Shown in pieces: positions 18,901-27,564 of a DNA stretch of 30,639 bases (position 1 is the first letter of the stretch; the number at the start of each line of letters is the position of its first letter). Position numbers and translations under genes: made by a program. The notes beneath the pieces were generated by a model, which was not told the DNA's origin, did no database searches, and worked only from the letters and a program-made list of their open reading frames with translations. This DNA comes from a virus (lineage: Duplodnaviria > Caudoviricetes), in the IMG/VR virus record IMGVR_UViG_3300030095_002569, positions 1 through 30,639 of that record. The stretch is one strand, 5' to 3'.

Positions 18901-19055
18901 GCATAAAGCTTAGAACGATCTATGCTAGGGACAGCACTACTTTCTATAGCTTCTTGACGTTTATATTCCCTATAAAGTTCTGCATATTCATACGTATCTC
19001 GCTTATCTTGCTGTTCCAGCAAAATGTCTCTAAGGTACGCTGCAGAATATGCCAT
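12954..19055 (-). CDS. Very large internal virion/DNA-ejection (polyvalent-type) protein with zincin-like motif
   Basis: 2033 aa, last late gene; Gly/Ala-rich hydrophobic N-terminal region, acidic linker, HETAH with downstream QEFFAE, helical C-terminus. Confidence 0.75.
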   Translation of the reverse strand: MAYSAAYLRDILLEQQDKRDTYEYAELYREYKRQEAIESSAVPSIDRSKLYASPAPKEEEPGFLDQIEEFAKGIPAGIISLGELGAIGAATLLEEENELKVRQGIQSLAAPLKEALSPDAGSEELVGRKFGEALGSFAGLGLTTLIPGAGIPLAAGLATGAGAGEASERARAAGATEAERSTAALKGAGVGLTELIPIAKLRSLREALGDNALRNGVERIKRAAIAGGFEGAQEVAAGVAQNAIQRGYDPTQDLVTAEAVEEGGYGAAVGATVQTLLDLALPKTRGAGVPEEIEGSTLQNLETEGVEVTDEDLDAVTGDETKRETKPKTITTKQYEARVANLMEAEKTEGNILTEEDAKKLVNESFLSENVTVKDKPKKKKGEEKKEDSTLQTLETTEGKGKEEVGEKTVLENIADLSKADTERVMAEYAKEEAAREAEIGKQKDREVATDETGTEVVTDETDTTTDQTGTDETVVTEEVKPKVVTKKVKPKVVTEETVVTEEVKLKDLYFARLKGVKDSVKEEDKAKVKTISEKDGLAVNKYFSRAARPADAIEGLAYDYALVQEGVGEKFTPKRTAKAVDERASKEETAFFEYTGGENAVEAYNWVQNNLSPDFRRQLDARVDSYRKQEQERISKDKTVEKEKLIQNYIRGEGGVANLTQRRIRDYKISPEEVAKAKVARANYLNREVSESTPYEIERRRIDQEGGEVNEFSPAQIAIAQKEYAQKSEEGQNEAVVRVELSDAKRQRLDTLKREYDEAAAAGDERRADRIDAQRKALLRAASEELLTKGALGKKTEATLDASVASNEAGPIIAAALNDRSNIYDITADAVVKSRRSVSPQALLALEEGKLADALNDMATTAPSQYLQNVSKRFAGLAGTTKVELVKDLKNASGKATSGTFNPQTNTIQLDQETGFNHHTILHETAHALGSAELNKSATPFAKQMNTLYNDTKDTLGTAYGAKNVQEFFAEGMGNESFRRELARIHSKGNPISALDRFVAIVKKLLHRVLGRGTYKAKTALSEFDSLADAIISPAPESRNAEILSMSATPDGASALATTLGNIQKRFKADPLSKKERSSLADGFSQLFSDSSMQLNNAVAGLRDIQGIVDLAEKISPTFGKLAKDLQIAIETQRGDMNKSDEIVDAILEKYLAPLAKTKKMNNLNNLIYNGDYGATITQVDPDITKNQAIVRYGGDSEALSAWYKQRKDWNALGKDGQAAYRATRNFYRKQYDNLKQTLTERIIGLAGEKEGQSVKAKLFKELFDNNELAVYFPLVRQGRYKVAYTIKAGSELIPNKKKRENEVYNMEIVSTEAEAIAYKKQLDARDDIVENSVEVIDTRAEAAQAARNRPSTGFVAEIIDQLDKAVSTKNAQEGTTPDQKQQRAQLQEEIISIFVNTLPETSFAKSLQRRKNVEGFEADTVLALRTKGYDIGRQTIRLQKSKDIMDVEDRINEEFKKKDDTLNKPLLVVTKELLERASFARNPPPDMLAQTLNQGAFIYTIGFNPSSAIVNLSQIPLFVLPYLGGKYGMRSSTSAIGKAGKIVGESFEKFDVGFDNLFTVDKEGNYILKDKIAKELSAGDKKVYEELGTLAKVAIDRGQLTKSYLLDQLSLQKEAFKSGRERSGNFLRQGLDYITAVSASGFNLAERMNRQTTMVSAYNLEVARLKKEKNKSSLSATELEEAANEAIYITQETNGGSFIETSPRFAQRGLGRVALMYKSYGLRMYHTMFKSGVQLFKNAFPNTAEGRRLRTEAIKQLAGWHGSALILAGVQGVPLYGVASIAWNMLQGDDEEDFDTAVRTYLGEGWYKGAINKITGADVATRIRLTELLIQDNRYSGGTPEEIIGFHLGGPALSTGKRFFRAYQDFAKGEIERGIESTLPAGLANVYKASPFGRYQRDEGILTRRGDPIYDDISSGEMLGQFFGFAPNEYTKRQELNYIAKKIDRTVNEERSRLLKQIYLTTRVGDGEERNKIFEKIIKFNQKHPTAAISYDAVKRSMKQHAKTSAVMHNGILLSPNMREALLDRLYPTEE
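17538..17715 (-). repeat. Degenerate coding repeats (EVVTDET, TVVTEEVK, VKPKVVT) in the 2033-aa linker
   Basis: Repeated tctgtaacta and gtaactacttttggttttactt units. Confidence 0.75.
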
Positions 19056-19061
19056 CGTGTT

Positions 19062-20885
19062 TTATTTTGTAAGGTTTAAAGACTTAGTTAAAGTGTCAAC
19101 AATACCTTGTATTCTTGTTACTTCAACTAATAGTTTTTTCTTGTCTTCTTCATTAGTTAATTGCGAATTGATAGCAGTAACAAGCTCAGTTATACCTGAA
19201 TTGTAATCTCCAAGTAATTCAACATTTTGTTGTCTTAGGTTTATGTCCCTAGTTGCAGCTACTTTAAATAAGTCTACAGCAGTTTGTATTTTTTGTAGAT
19301 CCGCTTCAAAGCCAGCTTCTATGTTTGATTGCTGCAAACTAAGTCCAAGTTTTTGAACTTCAGTATCTAGTGCTTGAGCTTGAAGCATTTTAGCTGCTGT
19401 ATCTGCATTCATCTGATCAATATCAGATAAATATTCTTCAGCTTTAAATGCTATTTCACTCTCTAGTCCAAACATATCTTTAGCATTTTGTATTAGTTTA
19501 TCTGCTGTTTCTGCTTGAAACCCAGCTATTTCTTTATCTGCTTCTGCGCCACGCAGTCTTCGTACATCTTCTTGCGCTAAACTAGCTCCAAGCCCTCTAG
19601 CTAGACCTTCACCAAGATTACGTCCTCCCCCTACTGTAGCCAAAGAATTAAGAAACTCTTTTACTCTAGCGGCTTGTTGATAGTCTCCTCTACCTGCAAG
19701 CATATCGGCTCTTTCTTGCATTTGTTTAAGAGCGTCATCTCGTTTAGACATCCCTTCATCTATTTGTGTACCTAATGTTACTTTACCTTCTCTTAGCTTT
19801 TCTATGATTTCGTCAGTGCGTTTCTGTTTGGCAGCACGAGCAGCATCACCTTCTTGTTTCACAGCACTAACTGATAAATCTGGATTTATAGAAGGCACGG
19901 ATAAAGCATCTATACCTGTTCTTCTTGTAGTAAGAGCATCTTGAATACCTGCTTCAAAATCTGGTGTTGTAGTTATTTGTGGTTCTTGTTCTACAGTTGT
20001 GCCAGCGTAATCTAACCTCTGTGGGCCTGCTTCTGTTTCCTCTCCTTCTCCTCCCATAGGCGTAGTTAAAAATTCTGCAGCCCCTGCTCCAGCAACAACG
20101 GGTACAACTACTTTTGGTTTAGTTATTGTATCCACTGCTGCCCCTGCTTTCTCAGAAGGAGGTGTTTTAACCTTGTCAAATAATTCAGGTTTTTCCTTAC
20201 GTGCTTTTCTTACTCTTTTAAATTTGTCATAGGATTCTTTAACCGCTTCTTTTACCGCTTTATATCCTTTAGGTATTTTCCCTGCATATTTAGCTAGTTT
20301 AGCTCCCGGTGCATACCCTATTGCTGTTGCTAGTGTTGGATTTTCAAGTGCCCATTCACCTATATCACTTGCAAAATCTGTCCCTATGTCCATAAAATAT
20401 TGTCCATAAGTTTGAGGCTCGTCATCAGCAGCGACATCACCTCCTTCGTCAAAGGCTACTATCCCGCCACCTGCAGCTTGCATGGTAGGTCTTTGTTGTG
20501 GCATCGTGCGTTGATTCATAGAAGTAGGTAGCCCACCTATACCCATAGCATCCATTTTTTTACGTTGTTCTTGTGCTTTTTGTTGGTTAACCATCCCTAC
20601 ACGTCGAGCAATCTCCATCTCTTTATTTCTAGTCAACTGGTTGATGGTTTGATCTGCTACCGTGTTGACAGGTGGGTTCAACGCTCTGTTGATTTCTTGC
20701 TCTTTAGCTTTTTGCTCTTCATTCAACATAGAAGCCGCAATAAGTTTTACGAGACTTTGATCTACTAATGGCTTTTTAGAGTTTTGTCTAACTTCTTGTT
20801 GTAGTGGCGCAGGGTTAGCTCTGTAAGCATCTACGGTACTATTGATGCCACCTGCAAATTCGCTAAAAGGAGTATTCATTGCCAT
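19062..20885 (-). CDS. Putative internal virion protein
   Basis: 607 aa, helical A/Q/E-rich, AAGGGIVAFDEGGDV motif; SD GAGGAGGAG; late-block context. Confidence 0.7.
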   Translation of the reverse strand: MAMNTPFSEFAGGINSTVDAYRANPAPLQQEVRQNSKKPLVDQSLVKLIAASMLNEEQKAKEQEINRALNPPVNTVADQTINQLTRNKEMEIARRVGMVNQQKAQEQRKKMDAMGIGGLPTSMNQRTMPQQRPTMQAAGGGIVAFDEGGDVAADDEPQTYGQYFMDIGTDFASDIGEWALENPTLATAIGYAPGAKLAKYAGKIPKGYKAVKEAVKESYDKFKRVRKARKEKPELFDKVKTPPSEKAGAAVDTITKPKVVVPVVAGAGAAEFLTTPMGGEGEETEAGPQRLDYAGTTVEQEPQITTTPDFEAGIQDALTTRRTGIDALSVPSINPDLSVSAVKQEGDAARAAKQKRTDEIIEKLREGKVTLGTQIDEGMSKRDDALKQMQERADMLAGRGDYQQAARVKEFLNSLATVGGGRNLGEGLARGLGASLAQEDVRRLRGAEADKEIAGFQAETADKLIQNAKDMFGLESEIAFKAEEYLSDIDQMNADTAAKMLQAQALDTEVQKLGLSLQQSNIEAGFEADLQKIQTAVDLFKVAATRDINLRQQNVELLGDYNSGITELVTAINSQLTNEEDKKKLLVEVTRIQGIVDTLTKSLNLTK

Positions 20886-21826
20886 TATGTATTCTCCTCC
20901 TCTTTTTTATTGCCAAATATATCAAATCCCAAGAGTTCAAACAGTTGCCCTACTAATCCAGCCCCACCTGCTGCACCTGCAATCCCTGCCTGTAAAGGAT
21001 CAGTTTGCGAGTACTGATACTGCTCTGCTTCTATCGGGAAACCTTGTAGTAGAGACTGTAGGAACTGTACTTGTTTTGCTGGATAATCTCTTTCAGAAAT
21101 AAACTGTCCGATATCTGCTGCAATGCCTTCACTAGTAATACCTCTCTGGGTAGCACCTGCATCTTGTTGTGCGCCTAGCACGTCAAATCCATATCTATTA
21201 GCAAAGTCTTGTGCCCTTCTTGTCTCATCTTGTTCTCTATTAAACTGTGTTGCTGCTCTATCGTAAGCAGCGGCATACCCTCTATCAAGCACATCACTTT
21301 GGCTACGTAACAAACTACGATCAAGCTCTGAATCCATGATAGCTTGACGGGAACCTCCAAAAGCTCCAGCATCTGTTAATCTTGAAGCATTTGCTAACCG
21401 CCTCATTTCTGCCTGACGTGTTAACTCGTTTAACTGAGGGCGTAAAGAAGCAGCTAAGTAAGGGTTCATGTACTGTTCAGCAACAGTATTAATTGTTTTA
21501 GTGTTTCCTTGGCTTAACGGATCTGCCACGGTCATAGGGTTTTCAAGGTTTGCTGTAAATGACATGGGTGTATATGTACCCATATCTGTAGGAGCAGTTA
21601 ATCCCGACAAGCCTGTAAATGCAGTGGATTGTAAATCACTAGGGCCAGCAGTAAGAGGGCCAGTGTAGGGAGTATAAGGTTGGTCTGCAACAGCTTGGCC
21701 TTTACCTAGCAAATCAGTTACATACTGCCCTGCAAAGGGAGCTAGACCAGAAGATGTTCCTGTTTGTGTTGCAGCGGGTGCTGCATAATCACTAGGATCA
21801 AAACTGTCCATAATACCGTTACTCAT
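20885..21826 (-). CDS. Putative internal virion/DNA transfer (pilot-like) protein
   Basis: QYMNPY, AGAFGGSRQAI, Gly/Ala-rich hydrophobic C-terminus; TAATG coupling. Confidence 0.72.
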   Translation of the reverse strand: MSNGIMDSFDPSDYAAPAATQTGTSSGLAPFAGQYVTDLLGKGQAVADQPYTPYTGPLTAGPSDLQSTAFTGLSGLTAPTDMGTYTPMSFTANLENPMTVADPLSQGNTKTINTVAEQYMNPYLAASLRPQLNELTRQAEMRRLANASRLTDAGAFGGSRQAIMDSELDRSLLRSQSDVLDRGYAAAYDRAATQFNREQDETRRAQDFANRYGFDVLGAQQDAGATQRGITSEGIAADIGQFISERDYPAKQVQFLQSLLQGFPIEAEQYQYSQTDPLQAGIAGAAGGAGLVGQLFELLGFDIFGNKKEEENT

Positions 21827-22929
21827 TATGCAATACCTCTAGGCATATATTTTTTAGGTTTTATCTCTTTCCCTTGCTTTGTAGTTCCTGTTCTCGCTTT
21901 TCGCACTCTATTCATCATACTGTACAACTGCTTTGCACCTGCATCTGAATTACCGTTACCAAGATGACTTACTACATCTGCAGGTACAACAAACTCTCCA
22001 TCACTCAACGCAGCAGGTTGGTCGCCTTCAATAGACGCAGGTACTGCATCAGCCATACCATCAGTAATTCCTTCTAGGTACCCACCTTCACTCATATTTC
22101 CTGACAGGTAATTTTCTACTTTTTCTTTAGTTTCTGGTTTTAATGCCCCTGTAGCTAAAACTTCTTCTAACTTACGTTTGTAATCTTCTTCAAAACCCTC
22201 ATCTGGGCCTTTGCTTAACATCCAATTAGTCCACTCGTCGTTAGTAACAAACCCGTCCTCATTAGGATCTCCACCTTCTCTACTTATACGAGTGTAGTCA
22301 TCCTCACTAAAATTCTTTTCTTCATCGTAGCGAGTGCCAAAGTAAGGTTCTTCTGCAGTCAAGTCTCCATTTTGTGTAGCTAAATAATTGAGTAGGGATG
22401 TATCATCTAAGTAGTTAACAACTCCATAACCGGGCACATATACAACACCATCTCCAAAAAACTGAAGTTGGTTAGGGTCAGTAATGGTTGCCATATCTGG
22501 TTCTGAAGGAGTAGTACCTGCAGTGGGGTCTAACGTAGGCTGCTGCACAATAGAAGCAATACCTGTTGGCCCTCTATCAGCTAGATCGGGGGCTTCTTTG
22601 CCCATCCGTGCATAATTAGCTGCACGTAAACTATCCGGGCCTACGTTGGCTTGGTTAAAAAGTTCTTGTCTTACATTAGCAGTACCAGCACTACCTGCAG
22701 GTACAAAACGAGCGTCTGAAAAGTATCGTTGCCCTCGTGAACCGGGCACTCTATCAGGGTCATAAGTGTCTAATACTTGTTCTCTAACAAAGTCGTACTC
22801 AGGGATGCCACCTTGATACGTAGATGCAGGTGCGTTCTCCATGCCGTAGTTAGCTCTATTACCACTGGTTAGGCCAAATCCTAGTCCTGCAAGCCCAACA
22901 AGTTTTTTTGCAGTTTCCTCATCTATCAT
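21826..22929 (-). CDS. Putative internal virion protein
   Basis: C-terminal GG.L.G.TDGMAD.VPA..LSDGEFVVPADVVS.LGNG domain; EF-hand-like DPNEDGFVTNDE. Confidence 0.72.
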   Translation of the reverse strand: MIDEETAKKLVGLAGLGFGLTSGNRANYGMENAPASTYQGGIPEYDFVREQVLDTYDPDRVPGSRGQRYFSDARFVPAGSAGTANVRQELFNQANVGPDSLRAANYARMGKEAPDLADRGPTGIASIVQQPTLDPTAGTTPSEPDMATITDPNQLQFFGDGVVYVPGYGVVNYLDDTSLLNYLATQNGDLTAEEPYFGTRYDEEKNFSEDDYTRISREGGDPNEDGFVTNDEWTNWMLSKGPDEGFEEDYKRKLEEVLATGALKPETKEKVENYLSGNMSEGGYLEGITDGMADAVPASIEGDQPAALSDGEFVVPADVVSHLGNGNSDAGAKQLYSMMNRVRKARTGTTKQGKEIKPKKYMPRGIA

Positions 22930-25160
22930 GTTCTGTCCCTCACACTTACAATACCCCCTACCAGTGGATCTCGTAATTCTGCGGCCTGTTTACCGATATT
23001 ATCTAATCTTTTTCTGTTTTTCGCCAGTGTATCAATTAATAAATCTGTTACTGATGATCTTGCTTCTGCAAACTTTTTAGCCTGTTTTGGATTAGCAAAT
23101 ATAGAAGCCCAATCGTAAAAGTAGTCTATATCTACTACGTCACGTTCTTCTGGGGTAGCAGTGCGAACACGCATTGCCCTTCTTACCCCTGTTCCTGTCC
23201 CTGCCCCTGTGCCTTCACCCTGCCCAGACCCTGTGCCTGTACCCTGCCCAGACCCCTTGCCTCCTCCTTTTCCTTTACCTTTACCGTCATCAGTAGTACC
23301 GTCATCAGTAGTACCGTCATCAGTAGTACCGTCATCAGTGGTACCATCATCAGTGGTACCGTCATCAGTAGTACCATCATCAGTGGTACCATCATCAGTA
23401 GTACCGTCATCAGTGGTACCGTCATCAGTGGTACCATCATCAGTGGTACCATCATCAGTAGTACCGTCATCAGTAGTACCGTCATCAGTAGTACCGTCAT
23501 CTTGTTTAGTTAAATCTACATAGATTTGGTACCAATCTGACGCTTTTGATGTAAGCCACCTAGTACGTGCTTTGCGCCTTATACTTTGTATACGTGCGCG
23601 TCTTTCTTGTAATCTTTCATCTAAATCTGAAGTAGGCACCCCTGCTTCTTCTTGTTGCTGTTTAGCATCTTCTAACTCAGTTTGTGTTTTTGAAATTTCT
23701 TCTAATGAAGCTTTTTCATCAGGGTTGTAGTATCTATCACTAGGTACTTGCACACCTATTAACTCTCCGTTGTATGGTTTGCCTGTACGTGCTTCAAACT
23801 TCTTACACCAATCAGGGTGCATTCGACAAAATTCTGCAATATCTTCTTTAGTTTTACCTTTGGGTTCTGTGGTTATCCATATAGGGTCTTCTAAAAGTTC
23901 ATCTTCTATTACAAAAACTTTTTCTTTTATATCTTCAGGTAATTCTTTTTCAAAAGTCTCAATGTTTTCAAGATTAGCCATCGCTGTTTCAAATTTATCT
24001 GTAGCAGAACGCTCCGTAGGATCTCCTTCATTAGCACTGTCATCGGTAGCACTATCATCTGAACTACTGTCATCTGAACTACTGTCATCTGAACTACTAT
24101 CATCTGAACTACTATCATCTGAACTACTGTCATCAGCAGCACTACTACCACCGCCACCACCACCGCCACGTCGTTCATTATCAAAAGTGTCATCTTTTGC
24201 TGCAAATATTCCGTAACTCCCGTCAAAGTCTACGTTTACATTACCTTCTTCCCAATCGTGCGTTTTCTTGTTAATAACAAAATATTCACCGTTTTGCTCA
24301 ATAACAACATCTTTACCTGCATCAAAGTCAGCGTAGTCTTTGCTAGATATTACTCCTTCGTAGGTTCTATCTTTCTTGGGATCTTGTTGAGTGCCTGTGC
24401 CAGATTCTTTAAACCTTTTCATCCAGTTAGCTGCAACATCTTCTGCCACATTTGTAGCAGTGGTGTTAAATATATACTGCGCTTGTTCAAGAGTAATTCC
24501 TAAATGTCTAAGATCAGCTATAGTTAACTCATCTGGGGTTATAGTAGCCATGTCTATTAGACCTGCACCAGAAGCGTTCAACTCCTCAAATACTTTTTGG
24601 GGAATCCTACCTATAATGTTAGAAGAAGGACGGGCGTAAAACTCTGCACCTGTAACATCTCTACCTAATTTTTCACTCAAAGCCTTTCGCTCTGCCTCGT
24701 TAGCATAGATTTTTTGTAAATCCTCTGCATCTATGGGGGTAGAATCTGGCATGCCGGGGGTTCTGAAATCTCTACTAGGGTCAGAATTAACCCAATCTAT
24801 AAATGATCCAAACGCACCGCGACCAAATAATTTATTCTTCATGTACTCTCTATAGAGTTTTTTAGCTTCTTCAGAACCTAGATTTCTATAAAAAGAATCT
24901 TTAGCCAATTTTTCATTAAGTTCTGCCCCTCTATCTTCTGGAGTACTGGGTAATTTAGAATCAGAGTCTCTACTTTGTTGTGGAGCATATTGGGGGATTT
25001 CACGTCCTGCTCCTCCAGTGTCCATAGGGTCTAACGCTCTATTTGGATCTCTTTCTATTGTCGCCCTTATATTATCTATAAAGTCTTGGTCAAAATCAGA
25101 CTTATAAAAATCAGAAGAAAACTCTGGAGGTATTCCGTCTAATATACCAGTGTCAGACAT
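22926..25160 (-). CDS. Acidic low-complexity putative virion protein with pentapeptide arrays
   Basis: 744-aa ORF coupled to neighbours; DDSSS, DDGTT and (GX)n tracts. Confidence 0.8.
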   Translation of the reverse strand: MSDTGILDGIPPEFSSDFYKSDFDQDFIDNIRATIERDPNRALDPMDTGGAGREIPQYAPQQSRDSDSKLPSTPEDRGAELNEKLAKDSFYRNLGSEEAKKLYREYMKNKLFGRGAFGSFIDWVNSDPSRDFRTPGMPDSTPIDAEDLQKIYANEAERKALSEKLGRDVTGAEFYARPSSNIIGRIPQKVFEELNASGAGLIDMATITPDELTIADLRHLGITLEQAQYIFNTTATNVAEDVAANWMKRFKESGTGTQQDPKKDRTYEGVISSKDYADFDAGKDVVIEQNGEYFVINKKTHDWEEGNVNVDFDGSYGIFAAKDDTFDNERRGGGGGGGSSAADDSSSDDSSSDDSSSDDSSSDDSSSDDSATDDSANEGDPTERSATDKFETAMANLENIETFEKELPEDIKEKVFVIEDELLEDPIWITTEPKGKTKEDIAEFCRMHPDWCKKFEARTGKPYNGELIGVQVPSDRYYNPDEKASLEEISKTQTELEDAKQQQEEAGVPTSDLDERLQERRARIQSIRRKARTRWLTSKASDWYQIYVDLTKQDDGTTDDGTTDDGTTDDGTTDDGTTDDGTTDDGTTDDGTTDDGTTDDGTTDDGTTDDGTTDDGTTDDGTTDDGKGKGKGGGKGSGQGTGTGSGQGEGTGAGTGTGVRRAMRVRTATPEERDVVDIDYFYDWASIFANPKQAKKFAEARSSVTDLLIDTLAKNRKRLDNIGKQAAELRDPLVGGIVSVRDRT
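23283..23501 (-). repeat. 15-bp tandem repeat, 14.6 copies, encoding (DDGTT)14-DDG
   Basis: Unit accRtcatcagtRgt on the + strand; all unit differences are synonymous in the 744-aa frame. Confidence 0.97.
24030..24134 (-). repeat. 15-bp tandem repeat, 7 copies, encoding (DDSSS)5-DDSAT-DDSAN
   Basis: Unit tgaactactRtcatc x5 (24060-24134) plus two diverged copies. Confidence 0.95.
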
Positions 25161-25484
25161 TTACGTGATCTCCAGTATGCTTGCCACTACGTGTAATCTA
25201 TCTGCAGTAGCTGCGGTTACTTTCAATATATCTCCTGCCTGTAATACAAGAGGAGCCGTAAGTAGTTCTAGGGTTGCGTTAGCTGATATGGCTTTAGTTT
25301 TGAACAAACTGAATACTGCACCAGAACCATTGGTAAGAGTTAGTGTTATTGTGTCTGCGTTTCCTGAATCTTCAGAGACTATTATCGACTTTGCTATACT
25401 CGTGGTCAGTGCCGCACAGGTGTATAGTGTTGTTATATTCGTCGTAGTTAAGTCTACGGCTGCATTGACGTAGGTATTTGCCAT
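25161..25484 (-). CDS. Small beta-rich putative virion protein
   Basis: MANTYVN...TLYTC...LVLQAGDILKVTA...LHVVASILEI; TAATG coupling at 25484 (track start 25499). Confidence 0.78.
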   Translation of the reverse strand: MANTYVNAAVDLTTTNITTLYTCAALTTSIAKSIIVSEDSGNADTITLTLTNGSGAVFSLFKTKAISANATLELLTAPLVLQAGDILKVTAATADRLHVVASILEIT

Positions 25485-25678
25485 TAGCTTATGAACCAAG
25501 CAGTCGCTTCGGACTGATTAATAAGCCTGTTACTTCGTAAGGCTTGGTCTAATTGGTTAAAATAGATACGTAATACGTTGTTTAAACTATCAAAGTCTTG
25601 TTTATTGTATTCTACAGAAGCTAAAGGCAGTACAGGTGCCCTAAAAGTTATGTCGTATTCAGTGGTATCTACAGTCAC
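25484..25678 (-). CDS. Small hypothetical virion-module protein
   Basis: 64 aa, APVLP.A..EY...LRIYFNQLD; overlaps both neighbours by 1 nt. Confidence 0.75.
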   Translation of the reverse strand: MTVDTTEYDITFRAPVLPLASVEYNKQDFDSLNNVLRIYFNQLDQALRSNRLINQSEATAWFIS

Positions 25679-27564
25679 TATCGCCTCCCGTCAGGTCTTA
25701 TATCTATTCTAGGAGAACCTAACTGCCATATTACCCCTGAAGTAGTAGATTCTATCTTTAACTGCAACTGTCGCGCTCGTACTCTTGTATTTAATTGCTG
25801 AGTATACTTTTCAATAGGTAAGGTAGCTGTGCGTGTAATTGATCCGCTATTACTTCCCCCTTCAGAGGTAGGATCATTATACCCAGAACCTGAATTATTT
25901 AATGGTAACAAGCTCATAGTAGCAGTGGGGCTGTCTGCAGTAGACCCTTCAAATGTAATATCTGGTAGTATGCGCCAGATAAATGCAAATCTATGCCCAT
26001 CATCAACATCAAATTGAGCAGAAGAAATAGTAGCAGTAATAGCAGTGGGAGTGCTAGTTTCATTGTCATCTACACCGTTCTCATGCTCAACTAAATTATT
26101 GGTATACGTAGCCCCTAAAGGAAAATTACGTAGCCCAGAATCTATCCAAGCAGTTCTAGCCAAAGTTCCGTAGTACCATATATCCTGTTGGTAATTATAA
26201 ACAGCGTATTTATCTATGGTGGTGCTGTCGGCAGAAGGGTAGAACCACCATACTTCGTGGAATGCTTCTATTGTACCTGCAAACACTTGGTCTACTTGTG
26301 TTCTATTTATATCATTAAATATATGCCTTCTGAGATCACATCGTAGCTGTTTAGTTGTGCCGTCATAAACATAGAACTTATCAATGCCCATCCAGTAAGA
26401 AGCCCCATTAGCATAAGCCACACAGTTTTGTGAGATTATAGATATGTGATCTCCTACTAATTGAGAATTCCACACGATAGGAGCACCAACGTATTGTAAG
26501 GCGTACAACGAAGCATCTGTCCAAACTAAGATCTCTTGCCGTGCTTGAGCAGCCGTTATAATAGAGCTACCCCTTGACAAGCGTAAGCTTCCAGCCTGAT
26601 TTGTCGCTGCAGGTGTCCAATTTACTACGCTTTCCTGATCTGACCAGCGAATAAGAAGCGGGTCTTGCGTAGAAGTTCCTAGAGTATTTGCGCCAAAACA
26701 GAATACAAACCTACTTACATCTGAGACAAGCACAGTATTAACTACAGTAGGTACATCTGACGCACCAGCTAGGCTAGATACTAGAACAGCACGAGTGGTT
26801 TTTCCACCAGTGGCATCCCAGTAGTATAAAGCTCCCTCACGAGGGGCAAATACAAGATCTTCTCCAAAAGAAGCCTGACTCCACAATCGTAATACAGTGG
26901 TCGAACTAGTGCCATTACCCCAAGTACCTGAACCCCAAGTACCTGCACTCCAACCTATAAATGGTACAGGGGTTGCGGTGCCTGTGGGTATTTCATATTT
27001 ACCAACTGTAGAACTTCCTCCATTACCGCTATCACTAGAGTTAGCAGTTACAGTGCTTCCAGAGGTATCTTTAGCTGTAATTGTAAACGTGTTATCACTT
27101 GGGACAGAAATTACTTGGTAGTTTTGGTTAAGCACATCAGCAGTAATAAGCCCCCCAAGAGAAGCTGCTCCAGAAAAGGTGACAAAATTATCTACCAACG
27201 CTCCGTGAGCAGTATCAGTAACGGTAATTGTGGAAGAGCCGTTAGTTGCTGCAAAAGTTACATCTCCTGCGCTCGTGGTAGATCGTAGTGGAGTGATGTC
27301 ATAATAAGCACCACCTTGACTTAGATAGAATTTAAGATGAGTGCCTACCCCTATGTAGTTTGCACCACCTAGAGTTACCCAGTTGAATAGTGATCTGCAT
27401 ACCCCTAAAAACGTATTAATAGATATTCGAGTCCAACCGCCTATACGTTCTGCATAACCTTGCCTAAATCTTACTTTATCAGACTCTACCCAAGAGTTTT
27501 CGTTACTATAACTAGTTTTCTCTTTGTTTACTCCGGGGTTTAACGCTAGTTTCTGTAAGGTCAT
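25678..27564 (-). CDS. Tail tubular/head-stabilisation protein (T7 gp12/P22 gp10-like nozzle)
   Basis: 628 aa, beta-rich, IRWSDQE, EVWWFYPS, WYYGTLARTAW, C-terminal DIRPDGRR; precedes internal virion genes. Confidence 0.75.
   Translation of the reverse strand: MTLQKLALNPGVNKEKTSYSNENSWVESDKVRFRQGYAERIGGWTRISINTFLGVCRSLFNWVTLGGANYIGVGTHLKFYLSQGGAYYDITPLRSTTSAGDVTFAATNGSSTITVTDTAHGALVDNFVTFSGAASLGGLITADVLNQNYQVISVPSDNTFTITAKDTSGSTVTANSSDSGNGGSSTVGKYEIPTGTATPVPFIGWSAGTWGSGTWGNGTSSTTVLRLWSQASFGEDLVFAPREGALYYWDATGGKTTRAVLVSSLAGASDVPTVVNTVLVSDVSRFVFCFGANTLGTSTQDPLLIRWSDQESVVNWTPAATNQAGSLRLSRGSSIITAAQARQEILVWTDASLYALQYVGAPIVWNSQLVGDHISIISQNCVAYANGASYWMGIDKFYVYDGTTKQLRCDLRRHIFNDINRTQVDQVFAGTIEAFHEVWWFYPSADSTTIDKYAVYNYQQDIWYYGTLARTAWIDSGLRNFPLGATYTNNLVEHENGVDDNETSTPTAITATISSAQFDVDDGHRFAFIWRILPDITFEGSTADSPTATMSLLPLNNSGSGYNDPTSEGGSNSGSITRTATLPIEKYTQQLNTRVRARQLQLKIESTTSGVIWQLGSPRIDIRPDGRR

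Noticed and set aside
23186-23285. Collagen-like repeat
   Set aside because: Period is Gly-X, not Gly-X-Y.
23283-23501. Tandem array as a possible CRISPR array
   Set aside because: Units are contiguous 15-mers with no unique spacers and are in-frame coding repeats.
23161-24226. Alternative-frame ORFs over the repeats (VVPSS, MTVLL, SSELL, MIVVQ)
   Set aside because: By-products of stop-free repeats; unit variation is synonymous in the DDGTT/DDSSS frame that belongs to the 744-aa gene.
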